Below, one piece after another: positions 13,511 to 25,200 of a DNA stretch of 64,000 bases (positions are counted from its first letter, which is position 1; every line of letters begins with the position of its first letter). The notes under the pieces were generated by a model. The model did no database searches, was not told the origin of the DNA, and saw only the letters and a list, made by a program, of their open reading frames with translations. The stretch comes from Vicugna vicugna (taxonomy: Eukaryota). A program made the position numbers and the translations under genes. The stretch is taken from positions 62,001-126,000 of the forward strand of contig MU057701.1 in NCBI GenBank assembly GCA_013265495.1, written 5' to 3'.

Positions 13511-15469
13511 CAGGTACTGCACACTGCCTTCCTGGGTGTGACGGTGGCAGAGGAGATGTTACAGTGGAACCGAGCTGAAGGCTGTGGCATTGAAGGGTCA
13601 GGGACTCTGAAGGCAGGAATTGGATGGGTGATCCCCCGGCCACTGCTGGGGAGAGGCTGATGGCAGGGGATGGAGTGCAGAGAATGGCTCTGCGCCTGCC
13701 CTCACTCACTGGAGAAAGCCATGTGCCGTGGGCCCTGGGCGTCTGAAGGTTGATGGGAGATCAGCTCGGAACCCCAAGACAGCCCAAAGTGCCAAAATAT
13801 TGACATACCCGGAGACTTCCTGACCTTTGGGGAAAGGATTGTAGAGGTGGGTAGAGAATAAAAGAGGATCTGAAAGTTAAATGAGAAAAGGACTCATTTG
13901 GTGCACACAGCCTGGCAGTCAGGCAGTAAATTAGCACTTGCCAAACTGAGAGGAAAGGGGGGAAATGAGATGGAGAGAAAGGGAGAGAGAAGCCAATCAG
14001 GGCCAGCGGTGGCTCCTCTGAGATCGGCTTCCGAGCCCCACAGACCCCACACCCACCCAGCGCAGGCGGGAGCAGAGAACACACTTGATTAAAGAAAGAG
14101 AATGATAAACCAAAAGGCGGCTTTCTTTTCTATCAAAGGCCAATTTCGCTCTATGTAAGGTCACGGTCCAATGAGTCCAGCATTGCAAGAGAAAATGAAG
14201 CAGCCACTTTCCCTCCAAGAAATATTTAAAGAGCCAAGGCCAGGCATTTGGCAGCAGTGGGGTTGAGGGGGTGGGTCTTCCTTAAATTATATATCTCTTC
14301 TCGAAATTATGTTGGTTATATTATCTCATATGTTTTATTGTCTGCCCGCGGCTCTTTCACTGTCTCATCATTCTCCTGGCCTCAGAGTTTAATGAGTTTA
14401 GCCCTGTTCTCTGGAGCATTTGGTACCTTCTGTGATATTGTGGTCCATGAGACAATTCCAGCCCATTCCGCCCCCTCCCAGTCCTTCCTCCGTGGATGGC
14501 CAGCTCCTTGTGGATTAGCTGCCCCTTTATAGATGCCTGCTGCGTGCAGCGCACCTCACTGACTTTGTTTAATCCTTTAGTCGGTTCTGCAAAATTGGTG
14601 TCATCAAGCCCCATTTTCCAGATAAGGAACCCAAGGTGCAGAGAGTCGTTAATTTTTCCCATGGCTCAAATTCAAGGCACATCTGATCTTTGAACCCAGG
14701 GCTGATCAGCTTTTCCCTGCAGCATCTGTGGTCCCCAGAGGAAGGCGCTGCAGGTGTCAGCTCAGCCGCTCCGTGGAGAAAGCCTCACTCCTCCCGGTGC
14801 AGGTGAGCTGCCTCCGCCCAGACCCGCTCCTTGGTTTCCGATCCCCGACGATGCACAGGACCGACTGTGTTTTAGAGCGGGAATCAGCAAACCTTTTCTG
14901 CTAAGGGCTAGAGAGTACACATTTTAGGCTTCGCCTTAATCTAAATTTTAGATGTTGCCAATTTGAGCAACTGTTCCTGCCAAAAGGCTCAAAAAGCTGA
15001 CAGTCTTTTTTACATTTTTTCCTTTTGCGTTTGAAAATTTTAAAACCATGTTTAGCTCCTAGGCTGTACAAAACAGGAGTCAGGCTGGATTTGGCTGAAG
15101 TTTGCCGCCCCTAACTTTAGAGGGCTCCCCCTGGCCCTCCTCAGCCTTAGCTCTCCTTACAGGGTTGGGAGCTGGAGGGCCAGAGGGACATGCCCACCCG
15201 GGACCTGAGAATTCCCTTCCAGGACCTGCATGGGCCTCTTCCATGTAGAAGAGGTGTGTGCATGCCTCTGCCTGATGGCGAATTCAGTGGATGGCCGTTG
15301 GCAAAGGACAGTGGGACGGAGCCTGGACACCCAGGCTGGGCTGCAGAAGGCTCGGAGATGTGAAGAGGGATTGGGAAGAGAAGGAGAGAGGGCCAGGGCT
15401 CCACATACTGGAATCTCAGGGGTCCGTGAATTCCCGGTTTTTGGGAAGGATTATAGACAGAATTATGTT

Positions 15470-15812
15470 TCCCTCAATTTGTATGTTGAAGGTAACCCCA
15501 GTGCAACTGTATATAGAGATAGGGCTTCCAAGGAGGTGATTAAGGCTAAGTGAGGTCGTTAGGGCGGGGCTCAATCACACAGGACCAATGTCCTTGCAAT
15601 GAAGATGAAGAGGCACCGGGAGGGGGCCTCAGAGGAAAGGCCGGGTGAGGACACAGTGAGAAGGCTGCTACCTGCAACCAGGGGGAAAGGCCTCACCAGA
15701 AACCAGCCTGCCAACATCTTGATCCCAGACTCTGAGTCTCCAGAACCGTGAGAAACAAATGTCTACTGTTGAAGCCACTCTGTGGTGCGCTGTTACGGCG
15801 GCCCGAGCAGAC
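15470..15812 (+). mobile_element. MLT1A/B-like solo LTR
   Basis: atgttgaaggtaaccccagtg...attaaggctaagtgaggtc...ctccagaaccgtgagaaacaaatgtctactgttgaagccac. Confidence 0.8.
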
Positions 15813-16739
15813 TGCTGGGGGAGGGTAGGCTTGTCAGGGTGGTCGGAAAAAATACGTTATGTTTAATAGTTGGTAGCTCAGTTTGTAACAAGCGTATTTA
15901 GACAAGTGGCATGTCGGCGTCTGTTCCTCTTGCCCCAGAGTCCTCCCCCGACCCCCCAAGACCGGGATGGTGTCCTGGCTTTGGACCACGTGAATTCTGT
16001 TGCAAACCAAGATGCACATATTGTACATTTTCACAGTCAGCAGCAGCATCACTCTTATCAAGCAGAACAGGAAGGAGGAGTGAATAAAGGTCTCTGAGGT
16101 CAGAGGCAGTTCCTCAGATGTCCCGTTCCCGGCTCTGGCTCACACAGAGTGGGCGCCACTGAATCCTGGCCCTGTCGCGTTCCTTCTGTGGTCACTGGGC
16201 GTGAGCTCGCCCGCCCCCAGGGTAGAGAGGAGGGGTGCCCAGCACCATGCGGCTTGGGTGGGATTCCAACTTGGCCTCTGTATCTGTTAGCATCACACCC
16301 CCAGTGTGTCTCGCTATTAAGGAGGTTATTGAAACATATCAGGTTGGGAGGAAATTATCTAAAGAGTTATTTCATTTTTTTTTAATGTAACGAGAAATTA
16401 TAGACGTTAGTCAGGCAGTGGGGTAACCTGTCTATTGAGATGGTGTTTTCCCAGCCCCGGTCGTTTCATTGTCACCTTCCTGACTTCTTCCGTGACGAGC
16501 AAATGTTGCAGAGAAGCTGGAGAGAGATTAACCCAAGTAAGAGATTAGAGCTTTTGCACAAGGACTTGAAATAGAAATGCTTTCTCACCCAGTAAGTCAG
16601 TGTGATTAATGCCTCATCTGAGGATCAGGGACAGTCACATTCCAACTTGGCGGGTGCACGTTCCAGAATCAGGGAAACACCAGGTGCAGGGGCCATCTTT
16701 CTGCCTGATCAGAAGGCTGGCAGTTTATTCAGAATTTTA

Positions 16740-17469
16740 CCTGTGGCTCCTTCAGCCACCGTGGAAGACAATTTGGCAGTTTTTTACAAAGCTACACATA
16801 GTCTTTACCATACGATCCAGCGTTTGTGCTCCTAAGTATTTACCCAAATGCCAGATGAATTGAAACCTTACGTCCACACAAAAACCTGCATACGGATGTC
16901 CGTAGTATCTTTATTCATGATCGCCAAAACTTGGCAGCCACCAAGATGTCCTTCAGTAGGTGAGAGGACAGAGAAACTGAGATACATCTGAACAGTGGAA
17001 TATTAAATCAGCACTAGAAAGCAATGAACTCTCGAGCCATGAAAAGACATGGAGGAAACCTCAGTACAAATTACTAAGTCAGAGAAGTACAACCTGGAGA
17101 GATGATATGAGTCCAACTGTGAACATTCTGGAAAAGGCAAAACTAGGAAGACCAAAAAAAAAATTAGAAGGCAGAGCGTAATGAAACTACTATGTATATT
17201 AATGGTACGGCATTGGGCACATATCATGATACGTTTTCAAAAACCCATAGAACGCCAAGAGTGAACCCTCATGCGAACTCTGGACTCTGCGCGATAACAA
17301 TGTGTCAGTGCACGTTCATCATTTGTAACTAAGGTACCACCGTGGTGTGTTGTACTTGGTGGGGGTGGAGAGGGAGGAAGGCGTGTATGGGAACTCTGTA
17401 GGTTGCACTCAATTTTGCCGTGAACCTGAAACTTCTCTTTAAAACTATCTGTTAATTAAAAAAAAAAAA
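16740..17469 (+). mobile_element. Old L1 (L1MC/L1MD-like) 3' end
   Basis: gtccacacaaaaacctgca...caagatgtccttcagtaggtg...gagtgaaccct...tatgggaactctgta, ending in poly(A). Confidence 0.8.
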
Positions 17470-18779
17470 TACAGCCTGTGTGGTCTTTCCCTGCCACAAG
17501 AAGGTCTGGGGTAGAACTGGGAACATGGTCTGTAACCACCAGGCTTTGAGCTCTGCTTCTCCCATTCTCTCCTCCCTTCAACTTTGTGTTTTTCATTTCT
17601 TCCTTCCTTTTATTTTTCTCTTTTGTGTTAATTGCTATTTAAAACCTGTGTCAATAATTATAAACCATCTTTGTACCGTTTGATCCTCTTGTCACCTTTG
17701 AGGGGAGCAGCCTACACTTTACACCGTCCTGCTGTTTGCCTTCCATCCTCGGAGTATAAAGTGAACAACCGTGAAGGCACAAGGGGTGGTTGCTATGAAT
17801 AGATCTTAAAGCACTTTCATTACCTTTGGCAAAGTCATCTTCTGTTCGCTCCATCCTAGATAGAGCCACGATTTTTGTCTAAATAGAAAATATATAGTTT
17901 GGAGTCCAGACTTTCCATTCCCATCTGGTGGCAGTTTCTGGTTTTATTTTAATGCTTCTATTATGCATTTTGTCCAAAGATTTCAATTACTGCTGATATT
18001 TCTAAGATCCTTGATATGTAAGATCATATTTTAGTGTATTTATCCATCTTTGTCTCTTTCTCTTCAGTTAGGTTCCAGGATCTATGTGGCCCTGGGGTTG
18101 TGGGCCCGGAGCAGGGAGTGGAGGAGACGGTTAATGAACTCCAGGTCCCCAAACTGTCAGAACAGAACACCCAGAAAACACTCAGGCTTATCATCTTTCT
18201 TCCCAAATGGTGCTGTTTTGACATGTCCGTGTCTCCACCAGGGACATGAAGAATGCTTCTAGTCTCCCGTGTTCTCGCCTTGGGATGTTTTTCAAAACAA
18301 CCATAATTTTTCCATTAAATTTTTTTTTTTGATGAAAGGAAGAAATAGTCTTTGTTTCCCTGAGACAGTAAGAGGCCTTGAACAGGTTTTATGCGTAAAA
18401 GCTGGTGTTATTTTGTAATGCAGCCTGCAAAGGGCCTTCTGCAGTCAGACCATTTATTTTAGAGGGGGCTCGGGGTTGGGGCGGTCAGTGAGTAAACACA
18501 GTGTGAAAGGGAAGAGCAGAGCCTGGTACGTGCAGCCCAGCGTGGGAGCGCGGGCCTCCTCGCACACGTTAGTCTCACGGGGTCCTTTATGACAAAGCCT
18601 TCAAAGCCAGGCTTCCGGATTGAAGTGGGCATCTTGGCTGTTTTGACCCAATTAAGCATTTGAACCCCTTTTTGGCACGAGTCACTTCAACTGGGCCAGT
18701 TCCCACCCAGTTCCCACCGTAGCTGTACAGGGAACCACAGCAAGAGCCGATGAAACTTCAGTTTAGAAAAATGGTCCAA

Positions 18780-18970
18780 ATTGTGGATGCCAAAGCCAGA
18801 TGACCAGGGTTTCATCCCGGCTCTGCCACTTACTAGCTGTGTAGCCTTAGGGCAAACTACATAACCTCTCTGTACCCCGTTTCCTCATCTTTGAAGTGGA
18901 ATGCTCCCACCCCACTGAGGTCTCGTGGGGGCTACGTGAGCTAATGGAGCGAAAGAACCTGGCACTTCCT
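18780..18970 (+). mobile_element. MIR SINE
   Basis: cccggctctgccacttactagctgtgtagcctt...aacctctctgtaccccgtttcctcatct. Confidence 0.8.
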
Positions 18971-19747
18971 GAAAGTCGTGATGGTGACGTTGGTTACAGT
19001 CAGTGTTAACGATTTCCAGGGGCACCTTAGGCCTTACCACGCTGCCCCCAGGTTCTTCAGAAAAGCTGCTGAAGCCTCGTCTGCTTCGGGAGGCCTCAGA
19101 GTGTGTAGCCCTGGCAGAAAGTGGAAGGGAGGGTGGCCCTGGAGCGACATCCTTCCAGCTGCTGTAGGCCTTTGGCCTCATAAGAGACCAGAAGCTGCCC
19201 TCCGCCCCCTTCATCCCTGGTCCTGTGCCCGGGCTGGAAGAAAGCTCATTCATATCTTACTTTTACAAGACAGGCAGCCATTTGTAACATCCTGACATCC
19301 CCCCAGGGCAGTTGGCTCCTGGAAGTATAATAATAATGATCATAATGACAAACAGCAGTGAAACTGAATGACAGTGGCCCCGTTGGGGGGTCTGTCTCTG
19401 AAGCGAAAGTTCAGCCTTCCATGTGCCACAGGGAGGTCGGCCAGCTCGAGCCCTCTTTGCCAAGCCTGGCTCTCCTTCTGTGAGTTTCTCTGCAGTGGGA
19501 ACCAGATTGCCGTGGCGCCCCTTGCCTGGGGCTACAGGATGTCAGGCATCTTCCAGGCGTGGCTGCAAGTTTCCAAGTGCCAGAGACACCTGCTCCTGTC
19601 CCCATCGGGAACAGGCACAGGAGAGCCTCCCCATCCATTCTGTGGTCCCTGAGCCCGGTCTTTAGCCCAAAGCTGCCTCCCTAGGCCAACGAGAGCTGGG
19701 GAACTAGAGTGCGTTGTAGGGGCCAGTGGAACTCAGACCATCTAGAC

Positions 19748-20036
19748 CAGCACTGTCCAACAGAAATTTTAAAATTCAAAGCCAAAACTGCATTTAAACA
19801 GCCACATTTTTTTAAGTTAAAAAAGAAACAGGTGCAATTAATTTTAATATATTTCATTTAACCCAGTATATCCAAAATGCAAAATTATCAGTGAGTTATT
19901 CTGCATATTTTGATACTAAGTTTTCTGACTCAAATGTGTATTTTACACCCAAAGCACATCTCCATTTGCACTAGCCACCTTTCCAAGGCTTGTAGCCACA
20001 TGTGGCTTTAGTAACTACTGTATTGGATGCTGCAGG
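19748..20036. mobile_element. MER33/MER3-like hAT-Charlie element
   Basis: Terminal inverted repeats cagcactgtccaa...ttggatgctgc, with tctaga at both flanks. Confidence 0.75.
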
Positions 20037-20814
20037 TCTAGAGAGCTCACAAGACACAGTGTAACCAACATCCTAAATCAGGTGCATTGAAATGTTTCTC
20101 TTTGGTGGGGCTCTCTAACACTGTTCCCCTTTTGCAGTGAGGTTTTGGGTAATTTGGAGGTATTTATTAATAGTAGCAGATCATTGAGGGGAAGTATGCT
20201 TCGTTCTAAACATGAATTATATGCAGTGGTGAGGTTGCACCCTATCCCCTGTACCTTAGGTCTCTGAATTTTCTCCTTTCATTCAGTGCACAAGGCAGGG
20301 GTGATAGACTGTGAACTTCCCCAGGAGGAAGTGCTCCGGCCCAATTCTAGATCTCATCCCATTATTAACAGGTGAAGGCATCACGATGCTCAGAGGGACT
20401 TTGTAGTTTCGATGCAGAGCTGGCAGTCTGTAGGGGTTGACGAACGCCGTCACCAAGGAACACGAGCCACTGGCCCTTGGCCTTTTGCTTTTGTAAGCCT
20501 GGGAGGGGAAGGAGCAGGTGTGATCAGCACCAGTCAGGAGAGCGGAACACTGTGGAAATGGAACATGAGAAGCAAGTTGGACCAAGACTGACAGAGTCAA
20601 AACAAACAAACACTTCAGGTGGCCATGACTCTTTGGATTTGTGAATCATTCTGACCGGAAACACGGTTTCCACACCCTTGACTTCTGACAGCTCTCCAAA
20701 CTCAGTGGGGCACCTTCCACTACCAGAGCAGAGAGGGGTCTGGGCAGTAAGACAAATATGTGTAGAAATGGTGCCTCAGCTCAGCCTGTGTTAAAAGCAA
20801 ACTAACTAAAGTAG

Positions 20815-21005
20815 AGCAACAAGGTTTTACTGTATAGCATAGGAAACTATATTTAATATCTTGTAATAAACTATAATGCAAAAGAATCAGAAAAATATAG
20901 ATTTATACATGTATATATAGGTAACCGAATCACTTTGCTGTACACCTGATACTGACATCATATTGTAAATCACCTGCACTTCAATTTTTTTAAAAAATTA
21001 AGAAA
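20815..21005 (+). mobile_element. Young L1 3' end fragment, same family as 6610-6895
   Basis: caacaaggttttactgtatagcataggaaactatatt...gaatcactttgctgtacacctga. Confidence 0.8.
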
Positions 21006-22357
21006 AACTAAAACACTGATTAATGAAAACAGATGGCAGGGACTGGTTTTAATATAGTTACAAGAACAAGTTTTATTCAAGTGCTTTTGAAATACGAGTT
21101 ACAACCAACTGAAATGATTTCACATCTCATGAAACGAACCCTCAGAGCCCTTTGATTTATGTTTTGTTAATCCCAAGGTGAGTAATTCCATGTATTTGAA
21201 AGCCATACATTGTATTTTTAAAACAAATACGTCAATATTCAGAGCACGACTTATTACTTGATTGGCTTCGGGCAAGTTTCTTAAGCCTTTTCCACCTCAG
21301 TTCTGCTGCCTGTAAAATGAGAATAATAATGATTTCTGCCTCATTGGATTACACCTAATGTGTGTAGAGTGATATATCGTAGGTGCTTGGCAAGTGCACC
21401 TTTACTCTCCCAAGGAGAATTTCTGTTGTTCTTCTACTTGGCCCAGGTAGGCTTTGAGGCAGTGATGTCTTGTCTGGGAACTGGAATGCCTTCCATCATT
21501 TCATGTCATTAGGGAATAAATTAGAGCCTCGTTTTGTTAAGGCTTCTGGGGCTTTTCTTGTGTGTACTTTCCAAGTGTTAAGAAAAGAACAAATGTAGTT
21601 TTCAAAAGAAATTAAGGCCTCTTTGTAGGTTCCTCTGGCAATCCTTTTCTTGTCAAGGAAACGAGCTATCAAGCTTCCAAATTCAAACGTGTACCCCTTG
21701 TTCCCGCCCGCACGGAGGCAAGTCCGGGGAACGTGTACTTCCCGTGCCATCGGGAGAGATGATAGTGATACGTTAAAGGAATGGAGATGGGCAGACATTC
21801 GGGAAGTTAGCTTATGTCCCAGGACATTTAACTAGACATAGTGAGCCATTTAACAAAATACCCTGGAACTTTCCAAAGTCCAGTTTGTATGCAAGATGGC
21901 AGAATGGTTGCGCTGAGCACCTGTCAGTATGTCCTTCCCATGAATCCTGGGGCATGATCCATAGGTCTGGAAATTGTCTGCCAGCGAAGCCAGTGTGGAA
22001 ATAAACCACGCCACACTTAGAAACCAAAGTCAGTATCACCGTCTTCCACAAGGAGAGGTTATAGAATCACGCTGGTACTTCTGATGGTCACAGAGGTAGA
22101 GGAGGGAACACAGGGGAAGGTCCCCATGGACCCATCACCCAGCTTGACCGGCTGCCTGCACTTTGCCAACTTATTTCGTCTCGACCTCCCCCACCCATTT
22201 TCCTGATGCATTTAAAACAAATCTAAGATATCCTGTCATTTAACCCATGAGTACTTCATCTCTAACTGAAAAGGACACTTTGGAACCAATCACCGTATTG
22301 TTTATCCCATGTAACTATATTAGCAATAATCCCTCAGTCTCATCAAGTGTTAAGACC

Positions 22358-22758
22358 AAAGTGAAGTAAGCCAGAAAGAGAAAGAAAAATACCATATGGT
22401 GTCACTTATATATGGAATCTAATAGAAGGACACAAATGAACTTATTTATAAAACAGAAACAGGCTCACAGACATAGAAAACAAACTTACAGTTACCAGGG
22501 TGGGAAAGGGGAGGGGTAGGGGTAAACTGGGAGTTCGGAATTTACAGATACACACTACTACATATAAACTAGATGAACAACAAGGCCCTGCCGTACAGCA
22601 CAGGAAACTATACTCCATACCTTGTAACGGCCTATAATGAAAAAAAATTATGGAAAGGAGTATGTGTGTATGTATAACTGAATCACTATGCTGTGGACCC
22701 GAAATTAACACACCATAGTGAACCAACTATATACCTCAATAAAAAAAAAAATCAAAAA
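22358..22758 (+). mobile_element. Young L1 3' end with poly(A) and TSD, nested in an older antisense L1MC-like element (~22120-22870)
   Basis: aagtgaagtaagccagaaagagaaag...caataaaaaaaaa; direct repeat ttaagacc at 22350-22357 and 22759-22766. Confidence 0.85.
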
Positions 22759-23039
22759 TTAAGACCGCATTTTAATTTTCACCATGTCTTTTTACAGTTG
22801 ATTGGTTTGAATCAAGATTCAGACGAGGTCCAGATACTCCATTTGATTATCATGTTTTATGTCTCTTTTTAAAACATTTTGAAACTTCAGTCCTTCCACA
22901 GATGTTTTCGTACCTGTCGTGCGACACGAGGAAACTAGAATTTTTCCTTCAGTGATTCCTCCTCCTCCTCCTCTTGGTCCTCATCATCATAATCATCATC
23001 ATCACGTTTATTGCTTCCAGCAAAACTCTATTGCATGGT

Positions 23040-23190
23040 TTGATCATCTTATTTCATCAGACCTTTGCGCTGAATGACCTCTGGCTTTTTCCAAGAATTA
23101 AATCCACCTCAGTGCCCAAATATTTTTCACCCAGGAAGATAATTCAGTCTACCTTCCAACAGTGCGGTGGCATCTCCAGGTGGATTCAGA
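23040..23190 (+). mobile_element. Ancient mariner-like (MARNA-type) transposon remnant
   Basis: ctgaatgacctctggctttttccaagaattaaatccacc translates to ..LNDLWLFPRIKST, resembling the mariner YSPDLAPxDFWLFPKLK region. Confidence 0.55.
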
Positions 23191-23413
23191 AGAGGGGTCC
23201 CAAAGCAGGTTTCAAGCAGTGAATCACGGGGCGGGTAGTTCTCCATGCGTCTGATTGGAAGGGCCCTCTTCAAAACTCAAGGACACATGTTGCAGCATCA
23301 CCTCGTGTGCATGAACTGAGTGTGTAAATGCCTGCATGCTTGACTTACCTGTTCCAACACAAGCTTTTTGATTGGCCACTAAATGTGTAATTGGTGTGTT
23401 TGTTTTCACACAG

Positions 23414-23494
23414 ATAATCGCTTATCAGCCATATGGGAAATCCGTGGACTGGTGGGCCTATGGCGTCCTGTTATATGAAATGCTGGCTGGGCAG
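23414..23494 (+). CDS. PRKCA: PKC-alpha exon 14 equivalent: [27 protein letters not shown]
   Basis: Kinase subdomain IX. Acceptor ttttcacacag|, donor |gtaatg; 81 nt. Confidence 0.98.
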
Positions 23495-24894
23495 GTAATG
23501 TTTCACTGGGTTTTCGTGTTTCTATTTGCCATACGCCGTGAAGACTTCGGCTGTGTTGGAACTGTGCTAGCCGGGCCTGGCAGTGTGGTGTGTCTGATGC
23601 TGGTCTGAATGTCCTGATCCAGGTGAAAGAGGGAGAAACTCCCCCTTGAGAGTGGATCATATTCAGTACGTACAAAAGTTACCTTCTAATCATGAAAACC
23701 CGAGTTGAAAGCTACGCCCTGGAGTGCAGACAGTGCAGCTTTCGCATCGTACGCACAAGCTCCCTGCACGTTGATGAGGACGGTGGCCTTTTCAGTTTTC
23801 AGCATCTCCGAACTGGGGTTGGGTCAGTGGTCACTGCAAGTTTCTCTGCAGAAGTTACCCCAGCTGCTGCCCGTGTGTAAAGTCGGTTCTATTGTTAGGG
23901 GAAGAAGCCAGTTAAAGTGTTTAACAGCTTCTCCCATCTCCCCTTATCTCTCCCTTGGAAGCTCATTGTAACTTTTACAAAAGTCCAGTGAGGCTGAACT
24001 TCCAGTTGGAAAAAGGCAAATTAGGTTTCTCCTAGCAGTGTGACATGCGTCAGATAACCAAGTGCATTACTGCCTGACGTGGCTCTTTCTAATGTAACAG
24101 CCTTCATATCTTAATATCTGCATTTAGTAGGGTAAGTCACATTAGCTGCTTTGACAAACACTGCCCCCCCGCCGCCGCCACCCACCCAACTCTCAGTGCA
24201 TTAACAACAGGAGAGTCTTTTACATTCTTGGCACAGTCCTAGGTGGGGGAGGGGGAGCACCGATCCCAGGATCATTCCAGGACCTGGGCTTCTTCCATCC
24301 ATTGGCTCCAGCATCTTTTAGGACCTCAGACTCCTCTACTGCAGCCTCCTGAAGAGGGAGCAAGGGGAGAGTTGCTTGGAGTGTTGTAGGGGCCAGACCT
24401 GGAGGTGGCAGGCGTCTCTCCCGTCTGTGTCCCACCGGCCCCACAGCCCCGCTGAGACACAAGCGGCTGGGAAGTACGTGCTGTGTACTTGTGAGCTCAG
24501 CACGGAGAAGCAGGTGTGCTGAGCATCCGTCGGATCTCTGCCGATATTCCCTACAAAGGATTCCGTTGTCGGCGGCTTTTCATAACTCCCAGCGCTCAGG
24601 TCGGCCAGAGTGTGTGATGCTCCATGGCTAAGAGTCCTCGTAAGAGAGGTTGGAAAAGAGTCCCCAGGTTGAGCAGCCGAACTGCCCTCAAAGAAATCTT
24701 TGAATCTTTGCTCCTGAAAAAAAGTCACACTTTCTGACATGTTACATCCGTTGACTCATCCGTTATTCATTCAGTGCATCTTTATTGAATGTGCACGGTG
24801 ATGCCTGTGAGCAATACAGACAAAGATCCTTGCCTTCATGAAGCTTACATTCTAGAGAAAGAGAGTAGACAGTTTAGATGAGGAAAATGCGTGC

Positions 24895-25200
24895 GTTCAT
24901 CCCTCGGTACCTGCAGCAACTGGTGCTGGGACCCCCTCCACAGATACCAGATTCCTTGGAGGCTCAAGTCCCTTATATAAAACAGCATAGCATATGCATT
25001 AACCTGTGCACATCCTCTAATATACTTTAAATCATCTCTCTATTACTTAATATGCCTCATGCAATGTAAATGCTATACACATGGTTGTAAGTCCAAATAG
25101 AAATGCCATGTAAGCATTTGCCAGTATGTGGGAAATTCAAGTTGTGCTTTTTAAAATGTTTTGGATTTTCAAAAAAAATTCTGATCAGTTGGTTGCCTGT
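24895..25200. mobile_element. MER2-like TcMar-Tigger element inside an L2 remnant (~24765-25530)
   Basis: gctcaagtcccttatataaaa...cacatcctc...tactttaaatcatctct...aatgtaaatgctat. Confidence 0.7.
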
